The notes under the pieces: model-generated
Told to the model about the DNA's origin: nothing
Databases searched by the model: none
The model's input: only the letters and a program-made list of their open reading frames with translations
In this document: one piece after another, positions 17,889 to 29,481 of the stretch
Numbering within the stretch: position 1 is the first letter of the stretch
Layout of the letters: each line of letters begins with the position of its first letter
NCBI GenBank assembly: GCA_021399345.1
Contig: JAAFKI010000112.1
Coordinates: 32,001-96,000, forward strand
From: Candidatus Heimdallarchaeota archaeon
GTDB lineage: Archaea > Asgardarchaeota > Heimdallarchaeia > Heimdallarchaeales > Heimdallarchaeaceae
Direction of reading: 5' to 3'
DNA: 64,000 nt
Made by a program: the position numbers and the translations under genes

Positions 17889-18677
17889 ATGACTACTATC
17901 GTCGACTCAGTGCACTTACAACCCCTTGAAAAGACTATCCGTGAATTGCAAACCCCACTCTTTCTAATTAATGGTAAAATGGAGCGCATAGATTGGAGCC
18001 AAGACCTACGCCATATCTTCAGATTTATTGAAATTATTTCTGATTTAGCCAAAAGATCTATACCTGAAACTATCTTTGCGGAAGCATTCATCCAATTCCA
18101 ATATCTAAGTGATTTATTGCTTGAAAGTCACTCTGGTGACAATAGCTTCAACAACGATGATATGTTAGCTTATTTTCTTGCTCTTCTTGATAATACCTTA
18201 GCTTATTATGGTAGAGAATTACAACAGAAATTGTTGCACAGAATCTTACGATTTTGGGGTGTTGACAGAGACATAGGTGTTTACACTAGAAAAGTCACAC
18301 AAGCAAAAAAAATTCTAGAAAATGCCAAATTATTGCGCAATGATAGCGAAAACGTTACTGATGAGCTGCATGCAAAAGTCAATCTCCTAGCAAAATACTT
18401 GAAACAGATTCTCCCGCAAGCTACTGAGGAGCTAGATGTAGTGTTGGAAGAAATCACTGGACTTATCCGAAAGAAAATTATTCCATTTGCAAGTATAAGT
18501 AATGCTGCACTAACGATGATAGTAGCTTTTTTCCCGTTCTATTTAAACTATCCAGCAGTGAAACTTTATATCATGCTTCACCTGCAAAAGGAATTAAATG
18601 TACACCTCCCAACATTAAGAAAAGATGTAATAAGATTTAGAAAAAAACTACAAAAAGCTGGTATTCCAAAAAAATGA
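17889..18677 (+). CDS. Divergent cyclin/TFB-core-like helical protein
   Basis: Two predicted five-helix repeats; C-terminal LQKELNVHLPTLRK resembles the TFB IAEVAGVTEVTIRN HTH. No Zn ribbon. Confidence 0.5.
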   Translation: MTTIVDSVHLQPLEKTIRELQTPLFLINGKMERIDWSQDLRHIFRFIEIISDLAKRSIPETIFAEAFIQFQYLSDLLLESHSGDNSFNNDDMLAYFLALLDNTLAYYGRELQQKLLHRILRFWGVDRDIGVYTRKVTQAKKILENAKLLRNDSENVTDELHAKVNLLAKYLKQILPQATEELDVVLEEITGLIRKKIIPFASISNAALTMIVAFFPFYLNYPAVKLYIMLHLQKELNVHLPTLRKDVIRFRKKLQKAGIPKK

Positions 18678-18880
18678 ACAATTCTTGACATTCTTTTTGT
18701 TTTCATCATCTAGTAGAAACTTCTTCTAAACACATTTCTGGATGTTTTTACTCAGCTAGTGGATATATTTTAATAGGCTCCCGAAATCTTGAGTAAAAAT
18801 AGGCAAACTTATAAAAGTTAGAATAACAAAATCAACCAAGTAATTTAAGATTATTAGCTAATAATATAAAAAGTGATTTT

Positions 18881-19951
18881 ATGAGTAGACCATCAGAAGA
18901 TGTATTGTTGGAGATAAACGGGCTCAAAACATATTTCTTCACTGAAGAGGGTGTAGTTAAAGCAATAGAATCAGTTGATCTTGAGGTATATAAGTCAGAA
19001 ACTCTTGGACTAGTAGGTGAGTCAGGATCAGGCAAATCAGTTACAGCTTTATCTATATTAGGTATTGTCCCAGATCCGCCAGGTAAGATACTTGGTGGAG
19101 AGGTAATTTTCCACGGACAAGATCTTCGCAAACTTAGTGATTCAGATATGCGTAAAATAAGAGGGAACCAGATAGCAATGATTTTCCAGGACCCAATGAC
19201 ATCTCTAAATCCCGTCTTCACAGTAGGAGACCAAATTAGCGAAGCTATTATGCTACACCAAAAAGTTACAAAGAAAGAAGCAAAAGAGAAGGCAATTAAA
19301 ATCATGTCTCTTGTAGGTATTCCAAGTGCAGATGAACGTGTAGACAACTATCCCTTTGAGTTCTCAGGCGGAATGCGTCAACGTGTAATGATTGCGATGA
19401 GTTTAAGTTGTAATCCTGAACTCTTGATTGCTGACGAACCTTCAACTAGTTTAGATGTTACCATTCAAGCTCAAATCCTTGAATTGCTCAAAGCTACAAG
19501 TGAAGAGTTCGACATGAGTATCATACTTATCACACACGATATGGGTGTTATTGCCGAGATGTGCGATAGAGTTGCTGTCATGTATGCCGGGTTTATTTGT
19601 GAAATTGGTGATATCATGATTATCTTCAAATCCCCTTATCATCCTTATACTCGTGGTTTATTAGGTGCGATTCCTCGTCCTGATGCAGCTCGTGATGATT
19701 TACAGATTATTCGCGGAGCTATCCCCAATCTTATCAATCCTCCATCTGCTTGTCGATTCCACCCACGTTGTGATTATCACATGTTGGGTCTTTGTGAAAG
19801 TGTCGTACCAGAATTAGTTGAAATAGAACCTGGACATTCAGTTCGATGCCATCTTTATTCTAACGAAGGTAAAGCTTGGATGGCTGAAAAAGGAGATAAA
19901 CGCGTTATTGGTACTGTACCAAAAAGTATTGTAGATGAGGTGACAAAATGA
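18881..19951 (+). CDS. dppD: Peptide ABC transporter ATP-binding protein
   Basis: GESGSGKS, FQDPMTSLNP, FSGGMRQR, C-terminal CRFHPRC...C...C. Confidence 0.95.
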   Translation: MSRPSEDVLLEINGLKTYFFTEEGVVKAIESVDLEVYKSETLGLVGESGSGKSVTALSILGIVPDPPGKILGGEVIFHGQDLRKLSDSDMRKIRGNQIAMIFQDPMTSLNPVFTVGDQISEAIMLHQKVTKKEAKEKAIKIMSLVGIPSADERVDNYPFEFSGGMRQRVMIAMSLSCNPELLIADEPSTSLDVTIQAQILELLKATSEEFDMSIILITHDMGVIAEMCDRVAVMYAGFICEIGDIMIIFKSPYHPYTRGLLGAIPRPDAARDDLQIIRGAIPNLINPPSACRFHPRCDYHMLGLCESVVPELVEIEPGHSVRCHLYSNEGKAWMAEKGDKRVIGTVPKSIVDEVTK

Positions 19952-21171
19952 GTAGTGCAGATTCTTTTATTGATAAACTTCAAGAAAAACAACAGAAAAG
20001 GGGTTTACTTGCAGATCGTATTCGAACTAAGGAAATGGGAGAAGACGTCATTCTGGAAATAGAAAATCTAAAGAAATTCTTCGATATTCCAGTTCCCTTT
20101 GAAACTACATGGTTTATGATAGCTTTCGTAGCAGCAATCGTAGTATTTGCTTTTGAACAAATAATTGGACTCAGTATTATTGGAGCTATTATTGTTCTCT
20201 ACTTTGCTTTACCATATATTCCTCCTTTCAATAAGCGACCTCGAGTAGCGCATCTGAAAGCTGTTGATGGTATTTCCATTCAGATTAAAAAAGGAAAGAT
20301 TGTTGGTTTAGTTGGTGAATCTGGTTGCGGAAAAAGTACAGCCGCAAAAACAATCATAAGATTACACGAACCTACTGAAGGGGCGGTTTATTTCAAAGGT
20401 ATTGACATCAATCGTCTAACTTCCGATGAAATGAAGGAGATTCGAAGACATTTACAGATAGTATTTCAAGATCCTTATGCTTCATTGAATCCAAGAGCTA
20501 CAGCACATGATATTATTATCGAACCATTTGACATACATGGAGTTGCATCTGGTGATGAAGCTAGTTATAGAGTTTTAACTCTTCTAAAGGATGTAGGTCT
20601 TGCCCCTCACCATGCATACCGTTATCCTCACGAATTCAGTGGCGGACAACGTCAAAGACTAGGTATTGCTAGAGCTTTAGCATTGGAGCCTGATTTTATC
20701 GTCATGGATGAACCTGTATCTAACCTTGATGTATCAGTCCGTGCAGCTATTATCCAGCTGATTTTACATTTGCAGAAAAAAATGGGATTAACCTATCTCT
20801 TTATTGCTCACGATCTTTCACTCGTTAAGATTCTTTGTGATGAAGTAAACGTCATGTATCTCGGTAAAATCATGGAAGCAGGAACCAGTGATGAAATCTT
20901 TGAAGCAATGATGCATCCTTATACTAAAGCCTTGATTTCAGCAGTACCAATAGCTGATCCTACAAAACGCTCAAAGAAAATCTTCTTGACTGGAGATATT
21001 CCAACTCCTATTAATCCTCCTCCAGGTTGCAAATTCCAAACACGCTGTCCTCTAGTATCGGATGTTTGCCGTGTTGAAGATCCACCAGCCAAATGGTATA
21101 CTGCCTCTCATGTTGCATATTGCCACAATATTGAAGGTGGAGAAGATAGCCCTGATTCATATATTCAGTGA
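19948..21171 (+). CDS. dppF: Peptide ABC transporter ATP-binding protein with inserted hydrophobic hairpin
   Basis: GESGCGKST, YPHEFSGGQRQR, CKFQTRC; roughly 35-aa hydrophobic insert before LKAVDG. Confidence 0.92.
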   Translation: MSSADSFIDKLQEKQQKRGLLADRIRTKEMGEDVILEIENLKKFFDIPVPFETTWFMIAFVAAIVVFAFEQIIGLSIIGAIIVLYFALPYIPPFNKRPRVAHLKAVDGISIQIKKGKIVGLVGESGCGKSTAAKTIIRLHEPTEGAVYFKGIDINRLTSDEMKEIRRHLQIVFQDPYASLNPRATAHDIIIEPFDIHGVASGDEASYRVLTLLKDVGLAPHHAYRYPHEFSGGQRQRLGIARALALEPDFIVMDEPVSNLDVSVRAAIIQLILHLQKKMGLTYLFIAHDLSLVKILCDEVNVMYLGKIMEAGTSDEIFEAMMHPYTKALISAVPIADPTKRSKKIFLTGDIPTPINPPPGCKFQTRCPLVSDVCRVEDPPAKWYTASHVAYCHNIEGGEDSPDSYIQ

Positions 21172-21287
21172 GCTTTTTCCTTTCTCTCTTTTTCTTTTGT
21201 CATTTAAACTTTAACAAGATTTATTTAGCTAGGTAATGGTGTATTATTTGTTATTGTTTACACAGATTAGTAATGTGAGGAAATAAA

Positions 21288-22040
21288 ATGAGTAGAGTAA
21301 ATCTTGAATCAGCTAAAAACAATATTGAAAGGCTAGCTGCAAACCTCGACGAATTACAACAGGTTTTAACTAGCAAAAAAGAAGAGATTAACGGGAAGAT
21401 TAGAGAAATTATGGAAGTACTTTCCTCCTTCTTTAAAGAAGCTGATGATATCAATCAAACTATTAATTCAGGAGAAGAAAAGAAAAATCAAAGCTCGAAT
21501 CAATTGGATCAACTCAATAATGAATTACAGGAGCTAAATCATAGAAAAGATATTCTTCAGTCTGAAATCACCAGCAAACAAAGAGATATTGAACAGCTTT
21601 CAGCTTTAATTCTGGAAAGAGAAAAAACTAGTACGGAAGTTATTCTTCAAGTTGATTCCTTAAAAGAAAGAGTTGCGGACTTAAAACGCAAAATCGAAGA
21701 ATTTGATGTTTTAACAGATGCATTAAATGAAGAAACCAAAGAACAAACAAGAACTAGAGAAATTAAAAACGTCGACCTTGAAAATAATTTTAATCGAATA
21801 CTTTCCCGTTCTAAATCTTTACAATATTTAGTGAAAAATGATATTGTTACTTTGCCAGAAATACAGGTTTTACGTAGTTTGAATACACCTGGGGTAGATA
21901 ATGCTGAAAATCTTAAGAAAACCTCTGGTGTTTCTGATGACATTATTCGTAAAATTCTGCAAGACTTAGCTCGAAGAGAAATTATTGAATACGATCCTAC
22001 CTCTGGAAAGTTCAAAGTGCTCTCAAGGATTGATATTTAG
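21288..22040 (+). CDS. Long coiled coil + C-terminal winged-helix protein (paralog A)
   Basis: About 185-aa heptad region, then PEIQVL...LKKTSGVSDDIIRKILQDL..REIIEYD...FKV. Confidence 0.75.
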   Translation: MSRVNLESAKNNIERLAANLDELQQVLTSKKEEINGKIREIMEVLSSFFKEADDINQTINSGEEKKNQSSNQLDQLNNELQELNHRKDILQSEITSKQRDIEQLSALILEREKTSTEVILQVDSLKERVADLKRKIEEFDVLTDALNEETKEQTRTREIKNVDLENNFNRILSRSKSLQYLVKNDIVTLPEIQVLRSLNTPGVDNAENLKKTSGVSDDIIRKILQDLARREIIEYDPTSGKFKVLSRIDI

Positions 22041-22802
22041 GTGATTATGATGTCAGAAGAAAAATTAACAAACTTACTTGAAGAGATTAAGAGAGATGTT
22101 GAGGAATTATCCTCTCGTGTTTCAGCTACTATTTCAACATCTAAAGTGACAATAGATTCTACAAAAGATGATGTTAGAGTCATCCCAGACTATATTGATT
22201 CATTAAAAAATTCTTTGCTTGGATTGAAGGAGAACAACGAACAACTAGAAGAGAAGGATATGCATACGCAACAATCAATTGAGACTACCACAACTGAAAT
22301 AGAAATCAATGTTGTTAAGAAAAGTGAACTGGAATCTACAGAAAATAGTAAAAGACAATACAAAGAAGAAATTGAGCACAAAATTATTGATTTTCAACAG
22401 AAGATTAGTCAACTGGAATCAGAACATAACCAATTAAGTTCTGATGTCAAAGGTAAAGAACTGATTTATACTCAACTTCAAACTCAATCTAAGGAAACTA
22501 TTGAAACATTGGATCAAAAAATAGCTGAAGCAACTGCTAGGTTGGCACAAGTAGAAGATGAAAATAAACTGATTGTGTATCTGATGGATGCTGGTCTAAT
22601 GGATGTTCCTGAAGCAGAGGTTGTTGCAACAATCGCATCTCGTCCTGAAGGTCTTAAGCTAGCTGAGATTAAGGAAAAAGTCAATATGCCACCTGTTAGA
22701 GTTCAACCTACAATCAATAATTTGTTGGAATCTGTTATAGAATATGACACAATGAGTGATTCTTACAAAATACTTGATATTATAAAGAAAGAACTAGAAT
22801 AA
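22041..22802 (+). CDS. Long coiled coil + C-terminal winged-helix protein (paralog B)
   Basis: Same architecture: PEAEVV...LKLAEIKEKVNMPPVRVQPTINNL..VIEYD...YKI. Abuts paralog A. Confidence 0.75.
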   Translation: MIMMSEEKLTNLLEEIKRDVEELSSRVSATISTSKVTIDSTKDDVRVIPDYIDSLKNSLLGLKENNEQLEEKDMHTQQSIETTTTEIEINVVKKSELESTENSKRQYKEEIEHKIIDFQQKISQLESEHNQLSSDVKGKELIYTQLQTQSKETIETLDQKIAEATARLAQVEDENKLIVYLMDAGLMDVPEAEVVATIASRPEGLKLAEIKEKVNMPPVRVQPTINNLLESVIEYDTMSDSYKILDIIKKELE

Positions 22803-22952
22803 GAATAAGTTTTTTAATCTATTTTTTTCTTTAATTTTTTTAAGCCTCTAGTTAAACATGTACTCAACTTCCCGTATTCTTGTGAATTTATAATACGTAA
22901 TTTTACAGTTATATCACAATGGTTTTAAATAAAATTTAGATTAGCAAATTAA

Positions 22953-24326
<1,374 letters not shown>

Positions 24327-24336
24327 TAATTATTTT

Positions 24337-24355
24337 TCGATGGATTATCCATCGA
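24337..24355. terminator. Inverted repeat between convergent gdhA and the PEP-synthase-like gene
   Basis: TCGATGGAT-T-ATCCATCGA flanked by A/T tracts. Confidence 0.55.
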
Positions 24356-24364
24356 TAATTTTTC

Positions 24365-27331
24365 TTATTTTTCAGGTTTTAAAATTATTCCTTCTCGTTT
24401 TTGAGCATCTATTCTAACTGTTAAAGAGTTTTTCAGCTCAATGTGTCTTACAAATTTCAAATCAGTTTTAGATTTTTGTTTGTTTAACCAATCCCAATCT
24501 ATCTTATGATGCTCAGAATTGTGCTTAATATGGAAATACCCAATATTAGCTGATACAATATTATGGAAGAAATGAGTGCCTTGAGAAAAATCAATTGAGA
24601 AACCTTCTAGAGTTGTCTCAATTATAGTTTTCGCTCCATTAATATTACTCCATTTAGCAGGTATTCCTAAAAATCTATCAGCTGTCCCCCACCTACCAAA
24701 ACCTATTAACAAGTAGGGGCGATTCTTCTTAGTTAATTGGGAATTTAGTAAATCTATTTCTTCAACAATTTCTAGAGTTTTTGTCTTATCAAACATCTCT
24801 GCTTTAGCATAAACAATATCCTTGATATCCGAGTGGAGAAGGTTTCCCGACACATGCGAAGAAAATGCTAAGATTTGATTAACATCTACAACCTCAAAAT
24901 CATCTAACAAAAGAGCTTCTTGTTGTAAAAATGGTCTTATTTGTAATATAGAGAATTGATCCTTTTCGCTCTTCGAATTACTGAAGTTTCCAGCAAACTC
25001 AACTTCTATGGAAGAACCTAGAGCTCTTTCGCCAACAGATAAAATTCTGGTTACCAATCTTGCTAAAGGTGTAGTTTCAAATTTTAATTGCTGATTGAAT
25101 GTTATAACGGGGGATCCTTCACCAAAGAAACCGTCTTCTAAAGATTCTGTATTGAAGTTATAATTATCTGCGATTTTAGATAAGGTTCCCTCTTTGATTG
25201 CATCTCCAAGGTGTAAGCGTTTAATATATGGATCATCATCTAGGATATCAAATTCAGTTTTTGTTAAATCAACACAGTAGTAATATTTTTGGCTTTGGTC
25301 TAATAATAAATCAGGTGTTGAGTGGTAATTCAATTTAGGATATTTAGGACAAAACCGCACAGCAGATTCTCCTTCGACAATTGTTTTACCAAGTCCTAGA
25401 GCTAGATGCGCAATCCTATCTTCAGGTTTCATATAGTCTCCAAAGGGGTAATAATTATATGAAGCAGCAGTTCCAGAGAAATCTGGATAATGATGATTGT
25501 GTCTCTCTTTCCCTACTACTCTTTGTATAACAACGGCCATTTTCGATTCTTCAACAGTCTGTTGAATGGTTTCTACATATGATTTTGCAAGTTTTAAGAA
25601 TTGAGAGGCATAAACAAGTTTTATAGCTGTACATAGTTGCTCAAGCTTTTCCTTCTTACTTCCATGATTATTAGGAATCATATAAGTATCGAAAATTCCG
25701 GCGAATGGTTGGTACGCAGAATCTTCTAGAAGACTTGATGAACGAATAGCTAAAGGACCATCTAAATCTTTGAGTAAGAACGCTAAGTCATTTCTTAGAC
25801 TCCTTGAAAGTTTGCTATTAACGAAGCTCTTCTTTATTTCAGAATCTGGAGCATCTGATAAAGCGAATTCATATAGATTATTTTCTTCCATGAACTTATC
25901 ATATTCATCAGTACCAATAACAATGGTTTTTGGAATTTCTATATTTACTGTAGGAAAATCATCTTTAATCATTAACGAGTTAAGGAGAAACATCAAGAAA
26001 GCAATCCCCCTTCCTTTTCCTCCTAATGAACCTGGTCGTAATCTTAGATATAGAGTCTCAGGATGATAATTATCTCGAGAGAAATCATTAATAACACCTC
26101 TTGTTTTTTCTATTACAATATTATCTATTGTTTTAATTAGAAAGTCTCTAAGCTCAATTTCAGTAAATTCAGAAACTTTCCGAGGTTTTAATGTTTCAGC
26201 AATATCGAATTCTCCTCTTGCATGTAACCAGTTGGAGAAATGATCACTTTTCCCATGATAAACTAAGGAATTTAAAGGTACTTCAGAAAGTTGCTTGTAA
26301 AAGGTAATGACATCAGTAGCATGACCATAAATATTGCCATCCTGATCTTTAAATATGAACTCTCCAAATCCAACATATTCTAGAAGCCATTTCCGAAGAT
26401 CCCACAGCATACCATGTGACCGTTTATGAATGAAATAACAGTGCATCTCTTCGGCTTGTTCTCGATAAGAATCTTTACTTGATTGTAGAACAATAGGTAA
26501 GTTGGGAAAATCTTTTTTTATTTTCTCTGCAAAGAGAAATCCAGCTTTTTTGTTGAGTTCGCCATCAAGTGGAAACTCGATATCTGAGATAACGCCCATT
26601 ACGTATTCTTTATAACGTTCATAATATGACACAGCTTCTTCATAATTCTCTGCAAGCAAAATTTTTGGTCTTACTCGCATCTTGAGTAAATCCTGAAAAT
26701 CATTTGTACCTTCAGTAATTAACCGATGAGTTTGCCTCATAATTTCTCCATAAACTTCTGGAAGCATTAGAGAATAGGACCTAATTGAATCATCAACAAA
26801 GATAAAAACTCTTACATTGCCAGCTTCTGTATCGAAATCCGCATTAAATCTATCCTCAAGATGTTTGATAATAGCAATGAAAATCTTACTGTCTCCATTC
26901 CAAACAAAGACTCTATCTATACCTTCTCGTTTACTAAATTCTGGAAGATACTTGATTTCTACAACACTATTTAATAGAAGAATTACAGGAATATCTTGGA
27001 TTTCCTTAACATTTGTCCCAAAAGAAAAAGCATCCATATCTCCTAATCGTCTCATGGTGATAACTAAATCAAACTTTTTCTCTTCTAGCATATCCAAGGC
27101 TTCATTTGCAGAAGATACCCGAGTAATTCTTGGTAGAGTTCGAAGATTGAGATTTTGAAATTCTTCATAAATTTGATCAGATAATCGACCATCCTCTTCT
27201 AACATAAAACTATCATAAATACTAGAAACAAGAAGGACGTTTCTCATTCTTCTATTCATAAGTTCATGAAAGATTTTGTATTTTGGTTTATATTCTAGAA
27301 AGAAGCTAACTGCTTCTTGATCAGTAGTCAA
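24365..27331 (-). CDS. PEP-synthase/PPDK N-terminal (ATP-grasp) protein with receiver-like N-terminal domains; no C-terminal PEP-binding barrel
   Basis: LGGKGRG, AIRSSSLLED, FAGIFDT, MAVVIQ, GLGKTIVEG, LQIRP, C-terminal GRWG...SQGTHFF. Confidence 0.85.
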   Translation of the reverse strand: MTTDQEAVSFFLEYKPKYKIFHELMNRRMRNVLLVSSIYDSFMLEEDGRLSDQIYEEFQNLNLRTLPRITRVSSANEALDMLEEKKFDLVITMRRLGDMDAFSFGTNVKEIQDIPVILLLNSVVEIKYLPEFSKREGIDRVFVWNGDSKIFIAIIKHLEDRFNADFDTEAGNVRVFIFVDDSIRSYSLMLPEVYGEIMRQTHRLITEGTNDFQDLLKMRVRPKILLAENYEEAVSYYERYKEYVMGVISDIEFPLDGELNKKAGFLFAEKIKKDFPNLPIVLQSSKDSYREQAEEMHCYFIHKRSHGMLWDLRKWLLEYVGFGEFIFKDQDGNIYGHATDVITFYKQLSEVPLNSLVYHGKSDHFSNWLHARGEFDIAETLKPRKVSEFTEIELRDFLIKTIDNIVIEKTRGVINDFSRDNYHPETLYLRLRPGSLGGKGRGIAFLMFLLNSLMIKDDFPTVNIEIPKTIVIGTDEYDKFMEENNLYEFALSDAPDSEIKKSFVNSKLSRSLRNDLAFLLKDLDGPLAIRSSSLLEDSAYQPFAGIFDTYMIPNNHGSKKEKLEQLCTAIKLVYASQFLKLAKSYVETIQQTVEESKMAVVIQRVVGKERHNHHYPDFSGTAASYNYYPFGDYMKPEDRIAHLALGLGKTIVEGESAVRFCPKYPKLNYHSTPDLLLDQSQKYYYCVDLTKTEFDILDDDPYIKRLHLGDAIKEGTLSKIADNYNFNTESLEDGFFGEGSPVITFNQQLKFETTPLARLVTRILSVGERALGSSIEVEFAGNFSNSKSEKDQFSILQIRPFLQQEALLLDDFEVVDVNQILAFSSHVSGNLLHSDIKDIVYAKAEMFDKTKTLEIVEEIDLLNSQLTKKNRPYLLIGFGRWGTADRFLGIPAKWSNINGAKTIIETTLEGFSIDFSQGTHFFHNIVSANIGYFHIKHNSEHHKIDWDWLNKQKSKTDLKFVRHIELKNSLTVRIDAQKREGIILKPEK

Positions 27332-27710
27332 TTTATCACATCCTAAGAACTTCTTGACAGACAGTTAGACATAACATCATATGACATTTAAATATGTTGA
27401 AGTTCAATCCTTAAAAAAGGAAAAAAATGAAAGAATAGTAATTTTCTTTATTTTGCTGCTATTTATTTAATATTTTATTAGTGAAAATACTGGAATAATA
27501 ACCATAGAAATATCTTCTTCATACAGTTTATATGGAAAAAATCAATTGGACGCATATTATAATCACAAGGTGTGAAACATCTATTTTCTCCATTTTAGCA
27601 AAATCATTCCAATGATTAGAAGTAAGTAATAATATTTTTATTACCATGTTTCAATATAATACTACATACAAAGCTATATTGATATAGCTCTTTAGTGGGA
27701 AATTTCAGAG

Positions 27711-28592
27711 TTGATGAAAATGGAACCTAACAATCAAGGAGATGAAGCTCTATTTGAGGAAAATATTCCAGCTATGTTAGAGAATGTTCCATTAAATGAA
27801 AGAGACGCACTAATAGTAGAAATGTATGAGGATGGCCTCTCTACATATGAGATTGCCATAGAACTTGAACTGAACAGACACACAGTTTCAAGAGTTCTCA
27901 AAGAAAATAGAATTGAAACTCGTACAATTGCAGATTATCATAAATTCAAGCATGAAGATATTGAAAATCTTTTTAATCGAGGTAAATCAAAACACGAGAT
28001 AGCTAAAGAGCTTGGATTGACATATTATACAGTTAGAAAAGTTCTAGAAGATAGAGGTTTCATTAGAAATAGGAAGGATAAAGAAACATTACGTATTGCC
28101 AACTATGTCCAAATGAAGAATAGAGGTTATGATAATGAGGCTATATCAATCTATCTTGGATTAAATGATGTGAAGCAACTTAACAAACTAATTCGTAATT
28201 CAACTGTAAATATAACAGCTGTCAGACAGAAGACAAAGAAAATTGAGAGTCTTCCAGACATTGTTAGAGATAGATTAGAGGGTAAATCCATTCATGATAT
28301 TTCCATGAAATATAACCTTTACATTCTAGATGTTATTGACATCTTATACGAATTTGGTTTAACGATTGCTAAATACAAAGAAATTTACGTTTATCACAAA
28401 CAAGGAAAAACAATAGAGGAAATTTCGGAAAAACTAGAGCTCTCTGTTTTTACTGTTAGGAGAGTAATAAATAAATTGAAGGAAATTGAAAAATCTGTTA
28501 AACTGGCATTTACACCCAAGCAAATAGCGGAAAAGTTGAATATTACTACTCTAGCTGTAAAAAGAACAATAGAAACTCTTCAGCTAATATGA
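27711..28592 (+). CDS. Protein with multiple tandem HTH motifs
   Basis: Recurring G.S..EIA.EL.L...TV.RVL units, about 6 copies. Confidence 0.75.
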   Translation: MMKMEPNNQGDEALFEENIPAMLENVPLNERDALIVEMYEDGLSTYEIAIELELNRHTVSRVLKENRIETRTIADYHKFKHEDIENLFNRGKSKHEIAKELGLTYYTVRKVLEDRGFIRNRKDKETLRIANYVQMKNRGYDNEAISIYLGLNDVKQLNKLIRNSTVNITAVRQKTKKIESLPDIVRDRLEGKSIHDISMKYNLYILDVIDILYEFGLTIAKYKEIYVYHKQGKTIEEISEKLELSVFTVRRVINKLKEIEKSVKLAFTPKQIAEKLNITTLAVKRTIETLQLI

Positions 28593-28740
28593 ATTAGTTC
28601 TAATATTTACACGTATTTAAAATTATATTTCTATTTTTAAGGAGAATTTGATGGCTTAAATTTTATATACAACTTTTCTCATTTCGAAGAAAGATATCTT
28701 AATTCTGTGATGATTGAAATAGAATATTATATGAAATTGA

Positions 28741-28917
28741 ATAGCGGAAATATTCGCTCCAAAGTCAAATTTCAACAGATTTGCAGTAATTCAAACATGT
28801 GTTGATCACACTTTCATCAGTGACAAAGCTGAACGTGATTTTGGTTATAAACCAATAGTATCTAAAGAAGAAGCTTTTGAAAGAACTGTTCAATGGTTCA
28901 AAGAAAATCCTGTTTAG
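28741..28917 (+). pseudogene. C-terminal relic of an NAD-dependent epimerase/3beta-hydroxysteroid dehydrogenase-family gene
   Basis: Startless frame IAEIFAPKSNFNRFAVIQTCVDHTFISDKAERDFGYKPIVSKEEAFERTVQWFKENPV*, preceded by in-frame stops. Confidence 0.7.
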
Positions 28918-29043
28918 GAAGAGAAAAGTTGTTTTTTTCAGCTTGCAGAGACAGTTTATGTAAAAAATTTTGTTTATGTAAAAAATTTATATAATTCAGT
29001 TTGATATTCGTATTACCAATAAAAAAATTAAAACGGTGTTTAT

Positions 29044-29439
29044 ATGGGAAAAATTGGAAAAATGATATCTAGGCTTATTATCTTAGGTCTATTCGGTTCA
29101 TGGTTTACTTTTACCATTTGGGGAATAGTTCAATGGGCTAATCCTGCAAGTTTTATATCAAATAAAACAACAATATCTCTTCTCTATGTGCCATTGTTCA
29201 TAGGAATGTTTATTCTATTCGTAATATTTGGCATTCTTGGTTCATTAGGCGGGAAGAAGAAGAAAAAAGATGAAGAAAAAGCAGACTTCATTCCAAAAGA
29301 TATTAAGGAAAAATTCGGCAAATTCTTTGAGAAGAAAACTGGGGATGCTGCAGAAGGCGAAGATATAGCAGACAAAATTCCTAAAGAAATTAAGGATAAA
29401 TTCGAAGAATTCTTTAAGAAGATAGCTGAAGAGAGTTAA
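29044..29439 (+). CDS. Two-TM protein with duplicated amphipathic C-terminal repeat
   Basis: ADFIPKDIKEKFGKFFEK / ADKIPKEIKDKFEEFFKK. Confidence 0.75.
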   Translation: MGKIGKMISRLIILGLFGSWFTFTIWGIVQWANPASFISNKTTISLLYVPLFIGMFILFVIFGILGSLGGKKKKKDEEKADFIPKDIKEKFGKFFEKKTGDAAEGEDIADKIPKEIKDKFEEFFKKIAEES

Positions 29440-29481
29440 CGAGGTTTTAGAAATTCTTTAAAATGGTCAAGTTCATCTATC

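Noticed and set aside
27420-27575. Broken signal-peptide-like and short coding-like frames
   Set aside because: Too short and AT-rich to distinguish from chance.
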